Source: the human T2T-CHM13v2.0 reference genome, Homo sapiens. From it: 64,000 nucleotides of DNA. The position numbers were made by a program, and so were the translations under genes. Shown here piece by piece: positions 1 through 12,780 of this stretch. Below the pieces are notes generated by a model. It ran no database searches and was not told where the DNA came from. It saw nothing but the letters and a program-made list of their open reading frames with translations. How positions within the stretch are numbered: position 1 is the first letter of the stretch; each line of letters opens with the position of its first letter. Location: NCBI RefSeq assembly GCF_009914755.1, contig NC_060946.1; one strand, written 5' to 3'.

Positions 1-768
1 AAAAAGACAAATTAGCCTTGTTTGCAGATGATATGATCTTATGTTTGGAAAAACCTAAAGACTCCACCAAAGAACTATTAGAACTGATAAACAAATTCAG
101 TAAAGTACAGGATAGAAAGTCAACATACACAAATCAGTAGCATTTCTATATGCCAACAACAAGCAATCTGAAAAAGAAATCAAAAAAAGTAATCTCATTT
201 ATAATAGCCACAGATAAAATTAAATACCTAGGAATTACCCAAAGAAGTGAAAGATCTCTACAATGGAAACTATAAAACACTGATGAAAGAAACTGAAGAG
301 GACACCAAAACATGGAAAAATATTCCATGTTCATGGATTATAAGAATCAATATTGTTAAAATGTCCATGGTGCCCAAAGGAATCTACGGATTCAATGTAA
401 TCCCTATCAAAATACCAATGGCATTCTTCACAGAAGTAGAAAAAAAAATCCTAAAATACCAATGGCATTCTTCACAGAAGTAGAAAAACAATCCTAAAAT
501 GTATATGGAATCAGAAAAGGCCCAGAATAGTTGAAGCTATCCTGAGCAAAAAGAACAAAACTGAAGGAATCACATACCAGACTTCAAATTACACTACAGA
601 ACTATAGTAACCAAAACAGCATGGTACTAGCATAGAGACACACAGACCAATGGAACAGAATAGAGAACCCAGAAACAAATCCATGCATCTACAATAAACT
701 CATTTTCAACAAAGGTGCCAAGAACATACATTGGGGGAAAGGACAGTCTCATCAATAAATGATGCTGA
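1..768 (+). mobile_element. Old L1 (L1PB/L1MA-class) ORF2 fragment, RT region onward, degenerate
   Basis: Starts in the FADDMIL motif (tttgcagatgatatgatctt); ORF 247..483 [29 protein letters not shown] is L1 ORF2. Confidence 0.9.
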
Positions 769-1369
769 TAAATCATTAAACTATTGACTATAGTCTCCCT
801 GTTGTATCATTAACATGTGTCAACTACAGAAATATTTGAAAAAGGTTGTCCACTGAATGATCAGTCATCATAACAAGTATTAGATTAGTAACAGGTCATT
901 CAAAATAAAAGACTGGTGTTAAAATAGGAAGACTCCTTTCTTCATACAATCCACATACTTCAGAGCATTGGTCATGTTTTTAAAATGAACTGGCAGATTC
1001 TTCAAAGATTCATGCTTCATTTAAAATATCTTTCATCACCTTAAAAAGAAATGTCAACACTACCAACTAGTTCATCTCCTTTCCTTAAATATAATAAACG
1101 TTTACAGAAGTAAACAAAATCTAGAGAACAAGTTGAATTTGATGTTACCATTTATATAGAACTCCCTTTTTTTAAAGGATTCACACAGCATGGTGAAAAT
1201 TACTATCTATAAAAACTTTCAGAATAAATGTGTAAAATATATATATAAGAGTAATAGGAATATACAGTAGACATGAGATGAAATCATATATATGCTTCAT
1301 TTTACATTAAGACTGAATCCTATCTGTAAATCAAAATGTATCCCTTCTGTTCTGAATATGCTCTTTGCA

Positions 1370-1835
1370 TAAACCCCACCCTCTATATCCAAACCCTGCC
1401 TTATCGCCTCCCTCTGTATACCAGGAAGCCAACCTATACAGACAACTGCACTCTCTTGCTCTGTGGCTTTGGGTGGGGCTTAGCCAGTGAGAGGCACTGG
1501 CAAGAGTTAAGAATGCAAGGGGACAGAGAGCTATCAAAGTATTTACTCCCCATCCCTTTCCCAAGACGCCTTACTCCCTCCCTGCCTCACTGCAATTGTT
1601 TCAGTGGCTTCATTCCTCTGAAGCTACAGCTTCTATCACACAGTCCTTCTTAACAAGCTCTCATTAGACTTCAATCATACTATTTCCTCCTTTCTCCTTC
1701 TGACCTAGAGAAGGTGGTAACTGCTTCCTTGGTGGGTGAGCTAGTCCCAGATATCTTACCATCCTGTCACTTTCCTTAACCCTGCTCAAACCTCTATAAA
1801 TAGCACCTTCATTATATTCTCCTCAGTTAAACCTC
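1370..1835 (+). mobile_element. LTR33-like ERVL solo LTR remnant
   Basis: Matches recalled LTR33 segments: agccagtgagaggcactggcaagag and ccttaaccctgctcaaacctctataaatagcaccttcatt. Confidence 0.65.
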
Positions 1836-2069
1836 GAATTCCTACATACTGTATTTCTTTAAAGTGACATAATACCCATTTTGATAGGCAAATGAACATT
1901 TTACATAAAAACTATTCTATATCTTGTCCAATCTCATATTCTCCATCTATGTGAACTCTCACTGTAATACCAATGACTGAACATAGACCAATCTGCATAT
2001 ATGACTACATTTATAATAATATATTTATCCAAAGACTTCCCTGAAAAAAATTAAGACTTATCTCAGAAG

Positions 2070-2205
2070 AAAGGTAAAGATACAGAGAAGTAAAGACAGA
2101 AATAGTGAAAGAGAGTAGTAGAGAGAGAGACAGATGGAGACACCCATGGTTCAAGAAACACAGAGAAAGAGAGAACTATAGAGAGAGAAGGGAGTAAGAG
2201 AAAAG
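2070..2205. repeat. AG-rich low-complexity tract
   Basis: Runs of agag and gaga. Confidence 0.7.
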
Positions 2206-2220
2206 GAACACTACAAATCC

Positions 2221-2380
2221 TTGCTTTTCAATGTTGTCCCTGGCCCAGCAGCATTAGCGGTGCATGACTTTGTTAGAAGGCGGAAACTCAGGCCTTGCCC
2301 CAGATCTAATGAATCAGAATCCAACTTTTAAAGAATATCCCCAGGTGATTCAGGTGCACTTTAAAGTTTGAGAAGCACTG
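2221..2380. mobile_element. MER5-family hAT-Charlie DNA transposon (MITE)
   Basis: ttgttagaa..cccagatctaatgaatcagaat..ccccaggtgattc..taaagtttgagaagcactg. Confidence 0.8.
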
Positions 2381-2643
2381 ACACTACAGTTAACTCAAGG
2401 TCATAGTAACCATTATTAAAGCAGTGAAACTGTTGCTCCTACATACTAAGTCATGAGGTTCCAACACTTAGAAACCCAGGACACACTCTTCAACCTCAGG
2501 ACAGGTAGCTTGCATGTCTGTACAGATTCAACCTAACTATCTTTGCTACCAGTTTTTTTCACAGTGGGGTCACATGTAAGGAGTTAGTAATAGAACCATT
2601 TGTTTCCATACAAATTTTCTTTCAAGAGTTCAGAAAACAGATT

Positions 2644-2958
<315 letters not shown>

Positions 2959-2970
2959 TCAGAAAACAGA

Positions 2971-3011
2971 CAAGCCTGGGCAACATGGCAAAACCTCATC
3001 TTAACCAAAAA

Positions 3012-3044
<33 letters not shown>

Positions 3045-3540
3045 GAGACAGAGTCTCACTCTGTCACCCAGGCCACTGATTTCAGCTCACTGCAACCTCT
3101 GCCTCCCAGGTTCAAGCGATTCTCTGCCTCAGCCTCCCGAATAGCTGGGATTACAGGCACCCATCACCATGCCCGGCTAATTTTTGAATTTTTTGTAGAG
3201 ACGGGGTTTCACCATCTTGGCCAGGCTGGTCTTGAACTCCCGATCTCGTGATCCATCCACCACAGCCTCCCAAAGTGCTGGGATTACAGGCGTGAGCCAC
3301 TGCACCCAGCCTCAAAAAAAAAAAATTTTTTTTAATGAATTTTTTTTATTTTATTATTATTATACTTAAATTAGCCAGACGTGGTGGTGTGTGCCTGTAG
3401 TCCCAGCTATTCGGGAGGCTAAGGTGGGAGGATTGCTTGATCCCAGAGTTTCAGGCTGCAGTGTGCTGTGATTGTGCCCATGCACTCCAGCATGGATGAC
3501 AGAACAAGACCCTGTTTCCCCCTACCACCTCCCCGCCTTA
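2971..3540 (+). mobile_element. 5'-truncated AluJ split at its A-rich linker by an antisense Alu
   Basis: Left-arm end at 2971-3014; right arm resumes at ~3369 (aattagccagacgtgg). Confidence 0.85.
3016..3312 (-). mobile_element. AluS nested in the preceding Alu
   Basis: Poly-T followed by gagacagagtctc...gagccactgcacccagcc. Confidence 0.95.
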
Positions 3541-4234
3541 AAAAAGAGAGTCCAGCAAACAGGAAACCTTCAACAATGACAGATGATAGATTTAATCAGG
3601 TAACTCTGAATTGATCATCCACAGTTGGAAAACTTCTGAACAGCTACTACTAAAAACATCTAATTTCCTTTTTTAAAAAATTTAAGAGGTAGTACCCATC
3701 CCATGATGACATGTATTTAAGATATGCTTCATTTCAAATACAGAGTAAATATGTAGTAATTTCACTACAGGATATTTTTATTAAACAGCCACGCACATAA
3801 TTACAGAACTTTCAGTGTAAAATTACTGCTGCTTTGAAACTGCAGCATTTCACTCACCCACATGGCAATGTTTTTCTTTCCCTACAGTCCCAGCCATGTT
3901 CCCTGAATCCTCCACCAGCTTCCATTTTCCCTCCGCACCTCCCTATTGTTCATAGTTTATCCTTTTTTTTTTTTTTTAATTAGAAGGAAAGAGGTAGAAG
4001 ACACTGATGTCTATTTGTTCCAAGATTACGCTCTTTGTTCTACACACTGGGTAACAATAATTGTTCCCAACTAAAGGGCCAGGCCAGGGACTCGTAGATG
4101 CTGATGGTCAGCTTTTCCTTCTCCTTTCTTCTCAATGAATCTCAATGGCCCCTAACCCCACCAACATGGCCCAGCTGGCAAACATCTAATGTGGGGGAAA
4201 GCAGCAAGATTTGTGCTGTAGGGGAATAAACACC

Positions 4235-4352
4235 GAAGTCAGGAGAATGGGGCCATAAACCACACACTGACTGACCAAATGACCTTGGACAAATCATTTC
4301 CAAACCTAGAAATGCCTCCAACAGTAAAATGTGGTTAGCTAAATCCCTTCCA
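4235..4352 (+). mobile_element. MIR fragment
   Basis: tgaccttggacaaatca..gtaaaatg..tcccttccag. Confidence 0.5.
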
Positions 4353-5927
4353 GAACAGTGTATGTTTCTAGCTGAAGCTTGCATTTAGCTGAACCCCTCT
4401 TTTCTTCTAATATATAGCAAAGGGATGAGGGGCAAAGAAGGCCATAACAGCAGGTTAGAGGAGCAAAAAGAGCAAGAAAAGAGAAAATGAGAGAACAATG
4501 GATACAGGTGACCTCACCCCTAAAGATAACTTTATACCTTGGAAATATTGTCACATTATTCATTGGATCCTTTCATTTTTCAAATAAAAAATATTTAGCA
4601 AGCATACCAGGTACTATGCCAGATGTTCAAGATAGAGAGGAGATAAAAATATAAGGAAGGTTTTATTCCTGTTTTACAAATGTTGAAAAAAAAAAAAGCC
4701 TGGAGTTTGGCTTTCATTTTTACTCCTTCAGATACTTTATGAGGCCCTTCATATGGTACACAAAAGTTTAATTTCTTACAAGCATCCAGTGTTTTTTAAG
4801 AGATGACCAAATCAAGGGGAATATGCTAGGCTGCTTTGCTAATACAGTAACACTTACTATCCTAGGGGCTATTAGCAGAATTCATCTATTGGAGAAGAGA
4901 TAGTGAAGAAGTTCAGAATCTACAGATTGCAACCACATCTTCAAAACTACCACTGTTCAACATATGCACTCACTAGATATTTTAATTATGAGCAAGTACC
5001 ATTTAATGTAGATTTATCATCTAGAGTGATAGATTTTATAAACAAGCTTGTTTAGTAGGTAATTATGAAGACTATAATCATTAGCTAAGAAAATATATAA
5101 GAATACTACAAAATAACTATACGAAGTTTACAGAGTGATGTGACCAAAACTAGCTTCCGAAAATGACAGTAATCCTCTGTCAGTAATCACTGCCCCAAAG
5201 AAAGTTCTCTCTCTGTAAGGATACTACAGTATAGGCAAAAAACATAAAATAACAGTTAAGGTATTTTGTTTTGTTTTGCTTCTGAAAGCAAACATGGAAG
5301 AACGAAGCCATTTTCAAAATAAGGACTATTTTTCAGAAAAAAATGGGAAACGTCCATCCTTTGAAACATCCTGCCTCCCTTCTTTGCTTTAAATTCCACA
5401 TAAGCTATTTTGAGCTTACTGCTTTGATCAGATTTAGCTGTAAGTAACTATACTTAGTCATAGACATCTGATCTATAAATAGAATCTACTAGAGGAACTG
5501 CTATAACTTCCTTGAAATTGGCAAGTAGCAGTTCCATTTGATGTGATTCTAGGAAAGCTTTATACTGAAAAGAAAATGCAGTAAATTTACCTACAGAGAA
5601 GACATTTGCTTTCAAAATTACAATGTCTCAAGAGTAAATTTGCACATCCATGTTTTGAAGAAAGAATTGCCATTTAACAGTATCTTAAACAAACATGTAT
5701 TAATTACTCAATAATCACCCTCAATTTGGGGAAGTAAACAGTAACAGAAAAATTATGTTTTTCCTTTCATAGATATCATGTAAATAATACCTATATATTG
5801 AATGCTCGCCACTAAGTGAAATACAAAGATAGGGTTCCTCATTATCCTTGCCTTGAAAAAATATAAAGTCCATTGTTGGTGAACAGTATGTAAATGTAGA
5901 CACAAATAAAATAGTTCTCTGGGAAGC

Positions 5928-6070
5928 AATATGGGTAGTGTAAAGAACACTTAAACAGGAGTTCCCAAATCACTGATCTAGTTGTGACTCTGTCATTTAC
6001 CAGCTATTTAGCCTTGAGTTCATTGCTTCTCTTCTCTGACTCTGTTTCCTCATTGGAAAATAGAGACAAA
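5928..6070 (+). mobile_element. MIR; source of the inverted copy at 8869-9030
   Basis: MIR core cttctctgactctgtttcctcattggaaaatagag. Confidence 0.75.
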
Positions 6071-6089
6071 GATTCAGACATCAAAGTGA

Positions 6090-6545
<456 letters not shown>

Positions 6546-6659
6546 TAATAGAAGAAGAAAGAAAAGGCCACAAAAAAGAAAGGAAAGCATACCCTAGAAA
6601 GTTGGAGTTAGGGTCATTTCAGTTTTAGATCTCCGAAATGAACTTTAATATAAGTAAAG

Positions 6660-6860
6660 TTAATAATTACTACCATTTATTATGCCTGAACTACGTGACA
6701 GGCACTGTGCTGAAGGACTTCATATGCACTAACTTATTTAATTCTCTGAACAACCTTATAAAGTATGTGGTGGCATCTCATTTGTAAAACTGAGGATTAG
6801 AAAGAATAACTTTGCTGCAGATTAATAAAAGGGAAAGCAAGAACTTCAATCCAGACTGTG
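6660..6860 (-). mobile_element. MIR
   Basis: ccatttatt..caggcactgtgct..atttaattctctgaacaacc..aaactgagg. Confidence 0.7.
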
Positions 6861-7044
6861 CTCCTAATTACTATACTATTCTGACCTAGAACTAAAACAA
6901 AATGGTTTTAAAGAAAATTACTGCCTTGTACATTATTTAGAGTATTAAGATTCATGTTTTAGCCCTGGTAAAAGTAAATAATTAGGAGAGGGGAGGAAAG
7001 GGTTAAAAACATTTCCACTAATAGCTCTTGCTTTTTAATACTTC

Positions 7045-7630
7045 TGTGATGGCTAATTTTAGGTGTCAATTTGACAAGATTACGGAATACCTAGAGAACT
7101 GTAAAGCATTACTTCTGGCTGTGTCTGTGAGGGTGTTTCCAGAGAATATTGGCAGGTAAGTCAGTGGACTGAGTAGGGAAGATCTGCCCTCAATGTGGGT
7201 GAACCATACAAATGGCTGCAGAACTGGAGAGAACAAAAAGGGAAAGAAAAGGATTTCCTGTTTCTCTCCAGGAAGTGGGATAGTCCCTTCCTCCTGTCCT
7301 AGGACATCAGAACTCCAGGTTCTATAGCCTTGGAACTCCAGGACTTACTTACACCAGTGCCCCTTAGGTTCTTAGGCCTTTAGCCTTGGACTGAGTATTA
7401 TTACACCATTGGCTGCCCTGGTTCTAAGGCTGGTTCAGACTTGGACTGAACTACACTACCAGCATCCAAGGGTCTCCAGCTTGCAGACTGCCTGTCATGA
7501 GACTTCTTGGCCCCCATAATCTCATGAGCCAATTCCCCTAACAAATCCCTTCTCATCTATCTTCATACCTACCTACCTATCTACCTTTCTATCTACTATT
7601 GGTTGTGTCTCCCTGGAGAACCCTAATATA
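7045..7630 (+). mobile_element. MLT2 (MLT2B-like) ERVL solo LTR
   Basis: Begins tgtgatggctaatttttaggtgtcaatttgac; contains gtgtctgtgagggtgtttccaga; ends tccctggagaaccctaata. Confidence 0.9.
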
Positions 7631-7734
7631 AATCAGAGACAGTGAGCCAAAATGAAATAAATTGGCTCCTGATCCTAGTTGCTCAGACTGGTGTAAGCTA
7701 TGCTCTCCTCTTTTTTGTGCCAACAATATATTGA

Positions 7735-7888
7735 GCAACTAACATTTACTGAGCATTCAGCATGTGCCAGGAACTATACTAAGTGCTTTGTGTGTATTAT
7801 CTTATTCAATCTTCACAAACTCAGAGTATTATCTTCATTTTATAGATGAGTAAACTTGAACATAAGGAGATTAAATAACTTACTTAAA
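7735..7888 (-). mobile_element. MIR
   Basis: aacatttactgagc..tgtgccagg..cattttatagatgag. Confidence 0.8.
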
Positions 7889-8397
7889 TTCTGCTTCTGG
7901 CAAGATGGAGTAACAGGGCAAGATTAACATACCTAATAACTTAAACAACTATAAAATTCAGGAAAAATATATAAAAAAATAAATCTTCAGACATTGGACA
8001 AGGGGCAACAAAGGACAATAATCCTGAGAGAAGGGGAAAAAAGGGGTAAGCCCTACCTCTAAGTGCACTGCCTAGAGAGTTTTCAGGCTCCAGCTCTGGG
8101 AAGGGGAAGCAAAGAAGAGCCCACTGGTCTTAGTTGGGAAGGCAGAGTTGAGAGCTCAGAGAAGCCAAAGTGCCTAGAGTTCACAAGGCAAAATACTGGA
8201 ATGGAGACAGCTGCACTGAGAGAAAACTGTAGAGATCCTCAGAGAGTGCCCCGACCTGACGTCTTCAGCTGAGAACCAATCAGCACATCCAGGTGAGAAA
8301 ACTACCCAAGGCTGAGGAAAGAAGCACCAGAAAGAAACAGGCAGAACACTCTCCAGAGCTCATAGAAACAGGAATGGTCTTCTCACAAGCCAGAGTG

Positions 8398-8725
8398 AAA
8401 AAAACCTTGTCATACATAGGACACAATAAATTCTAAAGTAAAAACACAAACCCATGTAATACATAGGACGTAACAGATTCTAAAGTTAAAAAAAAAACAT
8501 GTAATACACAGGACATAATAGATTCTAAAGTAAAAAACCCATGTAATACATAGGACTAGGACATAATAGATTCTAAAGTAAAAAACCAAACAAAACCTTG
8601 TAATACATAGGACATAATATATTGTAAAGTAAAAAAAAAAAAAAAACCATGTAATACATGGGACTAGGACATAATATATTCTAAAGTTAAAAAAAAAAAA
8701 ACCTTGTAATACATAGGACATAATA
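8398..8725. repeat. Minisatellite of 6 full + 1 partial units; core TGTAATACATAGGACATAATAGATTCTAAAGT separated by variable A tracts
   Basis: Units read directly from the sequence. Confidence 0.95.
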
Positions 8726-8729
8726 CAAA

Positions 8730-9030
8730 GGAATTCCTGGGCTCAAGCAATCCTCCTACCTCAGCCTTCCTAGTTGAGATTACAGGCATGAGCCACTGCT
8801 TCTGGTGCCTTTTTTTTTTTAATATTCAACTTTCTTTACAATATTTATATATCACTTTATAGAATTTGTGTCTGAATCTTTGTCTCTATTTTCCAGTGAG
8901 GAAACAGAGTCAGAGAAGAGAAGTAATAAACTCAAGGCTAAGCAGCTGGTAAATGACAGAGCCACAACTAGATCAGTGATTGGGGAACTCCTGTTTAAGT
9001 GTTCTTTACACTACCCATATTGCTTCCCAG
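8730..9030 (-). repeat. Inverted duplicate of 5919-6452 lacking the Alu at 6105-6340
   Basis: Reverse complement of 8869-9030 equals 5919-6080 with 7 mismatches in 162 nt; 8730-8820 matches the FRAM 5' part and its A tract. Confidence 0.95.
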
Positions 9031-9489
9031 TGAAAACTCTTCCCAGTATTCCCTCAATAGTGAGGCAAAATTAACGTAGACCAAAGGCTACTCTGGTCCT
9101 AACAAACATTAAAAGCAAGTCTGAAAAGGATCAAACCATCTCCAAGTAACTTAACAGCAACAAAGCTCCACAACAAAATTCAAAAATATTTCATATATAT
9201 AAGAATATCTAGCATTCAACAAGGTAAAATTCACAATGTCTGGCAAGCATGCAAATAAGGAAAATAAAGCCCATAAAGAGGAGAATAATAAACCAATAAA
9301 AATGAAACTAGAAATGACATAGGTTAGTAGACAAGGATATTGTCTCCTAAAACAGTTATTATAACAATATTCTATATGTTCAAGAAGCTAGAAAAAAACA
9401 CGAGCATGCTAAGGAAAGATTGGAAGACATTTTTCAAAAAGACACAAAGCAAAAAAAATGCAATGTCTCACATTTAAAAATGCAGAGGG

Positions 9490-9793
9490 GGCCAGGTGAG
9501 GTGGCTCACGCCTATAATCCCAGCACCTGGGGAGGGCCAAGGTGGGCAGATTATTCAAGGCCAGGAGTTCAATACCAGCCTAGCCAACATGGCAAAACTC
9601 TGTCTCTACTAAAAAATACAAGAACATTAGCCAGGCATGGTGGTGCACACCTGTAATCTCAGCTGCTTGGGAGGCTGAGGCATGAGAATAGCTTGAACCT
9701 GGGAGGCGGAGGTTGCAGTGAGCCAAGATCTCACCACTGCACTCCAATCTAGGATACAGAGTGAGACTCTGTCTCAAAAAAAAAAAAAAAAAA
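9490..9793 (+). mobile_element. AluS (Sx/Sz-like)
   Basis: Full dimer with A tail. Confidence 0.95.
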
Positions 9794-9808
9794 GCTAAAA
9801 ACCAGAGG

Positions 9809-10098
9809 AGCTGGGCACAGTGGCTCATGCCTGTAATCTCAGCACTATGGGAGGCCAAGGTGGTAGGATCTTTGAGCCCAGGAGTTTGAGACCAGCCTGG
9901 GCAACATAGGGAGACCCCATCTCTACAAAACAATTAGCCAGGCATGGTGGCATGAACCTCCCAGATACTAGGGTGGCTGAGGCAGGAGGATCACCTGACC
10001 CCAGAGGTTGGGGCTGCAATGAGTTATGACTGCCACCACACTCTACCATGAGCAATAGAGCAAGATTCTGTGTCAAAAAAACAACAACAAAAAAAAAA
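9809..10098 (+). mobile_element. AluJ
   Basis: Full dimer with J-type right arm (gctgcaatgagttatga). Confidence 0.9.
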
Positions 10099-10631
10099 GC
10101 AGAGAGAGAGAGAATAGGATTAATAGCAAATTAGAAACCAAAATAGATTAGTAGATTTGAAGATATACCAATTGAAACAATTTAAAATAAAGCAGGACAG
10201 TGTTTTCATAGAGAACCAGTGAGCCAGGAGCAAGTTCAAGCAGCCGAATATACAAGTAATTGAAGTCTCCAAAGGAGAAGAGAGACAGGAGAGGGCAAAA
10301 AAATATATTTGAGAAAATAAGACCTGAAAATGTTCTAGGTTTAATAACTGTTATTGCTTAAATAAAAATTAATAAAAACTATACCAAGACACATCATAAT
10401 CAATTTTTTAAATACATTAATAAAGAAAAAATCTTAAAAGCAGCCAGAAAAAAATACAGATTTTACAGAGAGAAAGCTAAAAATGACAGCTAACTTCTCA
10501 CTAGAAACAATATGAGACAGGTAAGTGGAGCAACATCTCTAAATTTCTGAAAGAAATCTCTAGACCTAGTGAAAATATTTTTCAAACATCTAAGCAAAAA
10601 AAATATATAATTTCAGACATATAAAAGCTGA

Positions 10632-11240
10632 TTTGGAAACAGTGTGATGGTTCCTTGAAAATTAAAAATAGAAGTTATCATATGACTCAGCAATTCTACC
10701 TATGGCTATATACCCAAAATAACTGAAAGCAGGGACTCAGACATATATTTGAATACCCATGTTCAAAGCTGCCTTATTCACAATAACCAAAGGGTGGAGG
10801 CAACCCAAGTTTCTATTGAAGAATACATAAACAAAATGTGATATATACATATAATGGAATATTATTCAGTTTTCAAAAGAAAGGAAAATATGGCACACAC
10901 TACAGCATAGATGAACCTTGAGGACATTATGCTAAATGAAACAAGCTAGTCATAAAAAAGACAAATACTGTATAATTCCACTTATATGAGGTAGCTAGAA
11001 TAGTCAAGTTCATAAAGACAGAAAGTAGAATGGTAGTTGCCAGAAGTTGAGGGGAGGGGGAAATGGAGAGTTGTTTAATGAGTACCAAGTTTCAGTTTTG
11101 CAAGATGAAGAGTTGTGGAGATTAGTTGCACAACAATGTGAATACATTTAACACTGCTGAACTACACACTTAAAAATGGTTACAATGGTAAATTTTATGT
11201 TATGTGTATTTTATCACAATTGGAAATAAATAAAAAGATT
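10632..11240 (+). mobile_element. L1MB-type 3' end nested in the L1MC ORF1 remnant
   Basis: gtttcagttttgcaagatgaa..cttaaaaatggtt..ggtaaattttatgttatgtgtatttt; host ORF1 sequence resumes after it. Confidence 0.85.
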
Positions 11241-12149
11241 TTTTTAATGTGAAAGACTTCAGCAACAGCAGGCCTTCACTACAAGAAATGTTACAGAAAA
11301 GACTGACAAAATCATGTATCAGAAGTGACTTAAGGAGATAGGACAATTAAATGCAATGTGGAATCCTGGATTACATCTTAGGACAGAACAAGGACATCCA
11401 CGGGAAAACTAGAGAAATTTGTACGGGCTACAATTTAGTCAATAATACTGTATCTGTGTTAATTACACTATGCTTCTTCAAAACGTTAACATTAAAGAAA
11501 GCTAGGTGAAGGGTATACAGGAAATCTCTGTTCTAGTTTTGCAACATTTCTGTAAATCTAGTATTATTTCAAAATAAAAAGCTCAAAAAAGAAGAAGAAA
11601 GCCTGACTAGCATAGCACTTCCGACAAGAGCTGAAAGCCCCACTGTTAATATAGGTGAATAAACTCCAAGATGAGCACATTTTAGGTCTAACTCATAGGA
11701 GAGAGAAGCAATTGTGTTTTGTCTGTTTGTTTTAATTAAACAAGAATATACAGGATAATAAGGGCAACAGACAATGCTGGAAACTATTAAAACTCACAGC
11801 CTACATATAACAAAATCAAAAATCTCTTTCTCAAAGCTGTGACACATGTGACAGTGAAACAAATCCCAAAATAATCCAACAAATGTAGGAATTTAAGTGT
11901 ATAAAACATATCAGAGGAATTAAGAATAAGGAACATGCTAATAAAGGACTGGTTTGTGTAATTCTTATGTTGGGTACAAAATCCAGTCTCTTATAATCAA
12001 TCCTTTATGCTGATGAATAATAATTTTCTGGATCAATTTCCATAAGAAAAAAGCATGTTTTTTCTTCTACTGTTCCTGTCCATTGACATGCAAATATTTC
12101 AATCTGAAGAGGCAGTTTTATGGAACAAAAAGCATGAAACTGAAATTAC

Positions 12150-12280
12150 TATTTGTTGATCAGCTACCTTGTTCCAGGTACTGTTCTAAATGCTTTATAC
12201 ATGGATTATCTGATAATCTATTTAATCCCTACAACAAACCTAAGCAGGATGTGCTATTATCACTATTTTTACAGATGAGT
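12150..12280 (-). mobile_element. MIR
   Basis: ccaggtactgttctaaatgcttt..tttaatccctacaacaa..ttttacagatgag. Confidence 0.75.
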
Positions 12281-12604
12281 GCTTGTGTTGGATCTTCCAC
12301 TATGTCACTGGAAAAGTTTACAGGAATCATAACCTCTCTAGGACTTAGGAAATTAACACCTATAAAATTTTACTTCTAGCATTTATTTTATGCCTGCTGT
12401 TTTGCCTTACCTACTATGAATTCCTACAGGAAGGGGCGGTATTCATCTTGGTATTAGACACATACATGTACTAGGTTTACAGTTGTTAAAAGAGAAAATG
12501 TCAGTAGGGAGGCTGAACTAGAAAAACAAGCCACTGAGGTTTCTCACATTTCCATCACATTCTCAAAAAAAAAAAAAAGAAAAGAAAAAAAAGTGTCAGG
12601 AGAC

Positions 12605-12780
12605 CCAGTAGAAGGAATAGACTGGAAATGAGGAATTTGAGGTCTGCCCCCAGCTCTACTGATTGGCAATTTGGCCTTAGGCAACTCACAGATTTCTCTC
12701 TAAGATTCTCAACCAGTCCAATAGAAATTATAGTACCTGCCCTTGATTCAGCAGATTATTGAGAGGAATGAATAAGCCTA
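12605..12780 (+). mobile_element. MIR, very diverged
   Basis: cccagctctact..ccttaggcaactcac..atagtacctgccc..attattgagagga. Confidence 0.5.

Larger units (their letters stand above)
7889..11582 (+). mobile_element. Ancient L1MC-class element: 5'UTR and ORF1 remnant joined to a 3' end, with several interruptions
   Basis: Starts cttctggcaagatggagtaacaggg. Collinear pieces at 7889-8440, 9048-9489, 10110-10631 and 11250-11300; L1MC/ME-type 3' end at 11325-11582. Confidence 0.75.

Noticed and set aside
3963-4400. Processed pseudogene (poly-T followed by unique sequence)
   Set aside because: No polyadenylation signal at the right distance, no convincing TSD, no recognisable ORF, and a MIR fragment lies inside.
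8398-8725. CRISPR-like repeat-spacer array
   Set aside because: The spacers are A tracts rather than unique sequence, the repeats are degenerate, there are no cas genes and the context is human.
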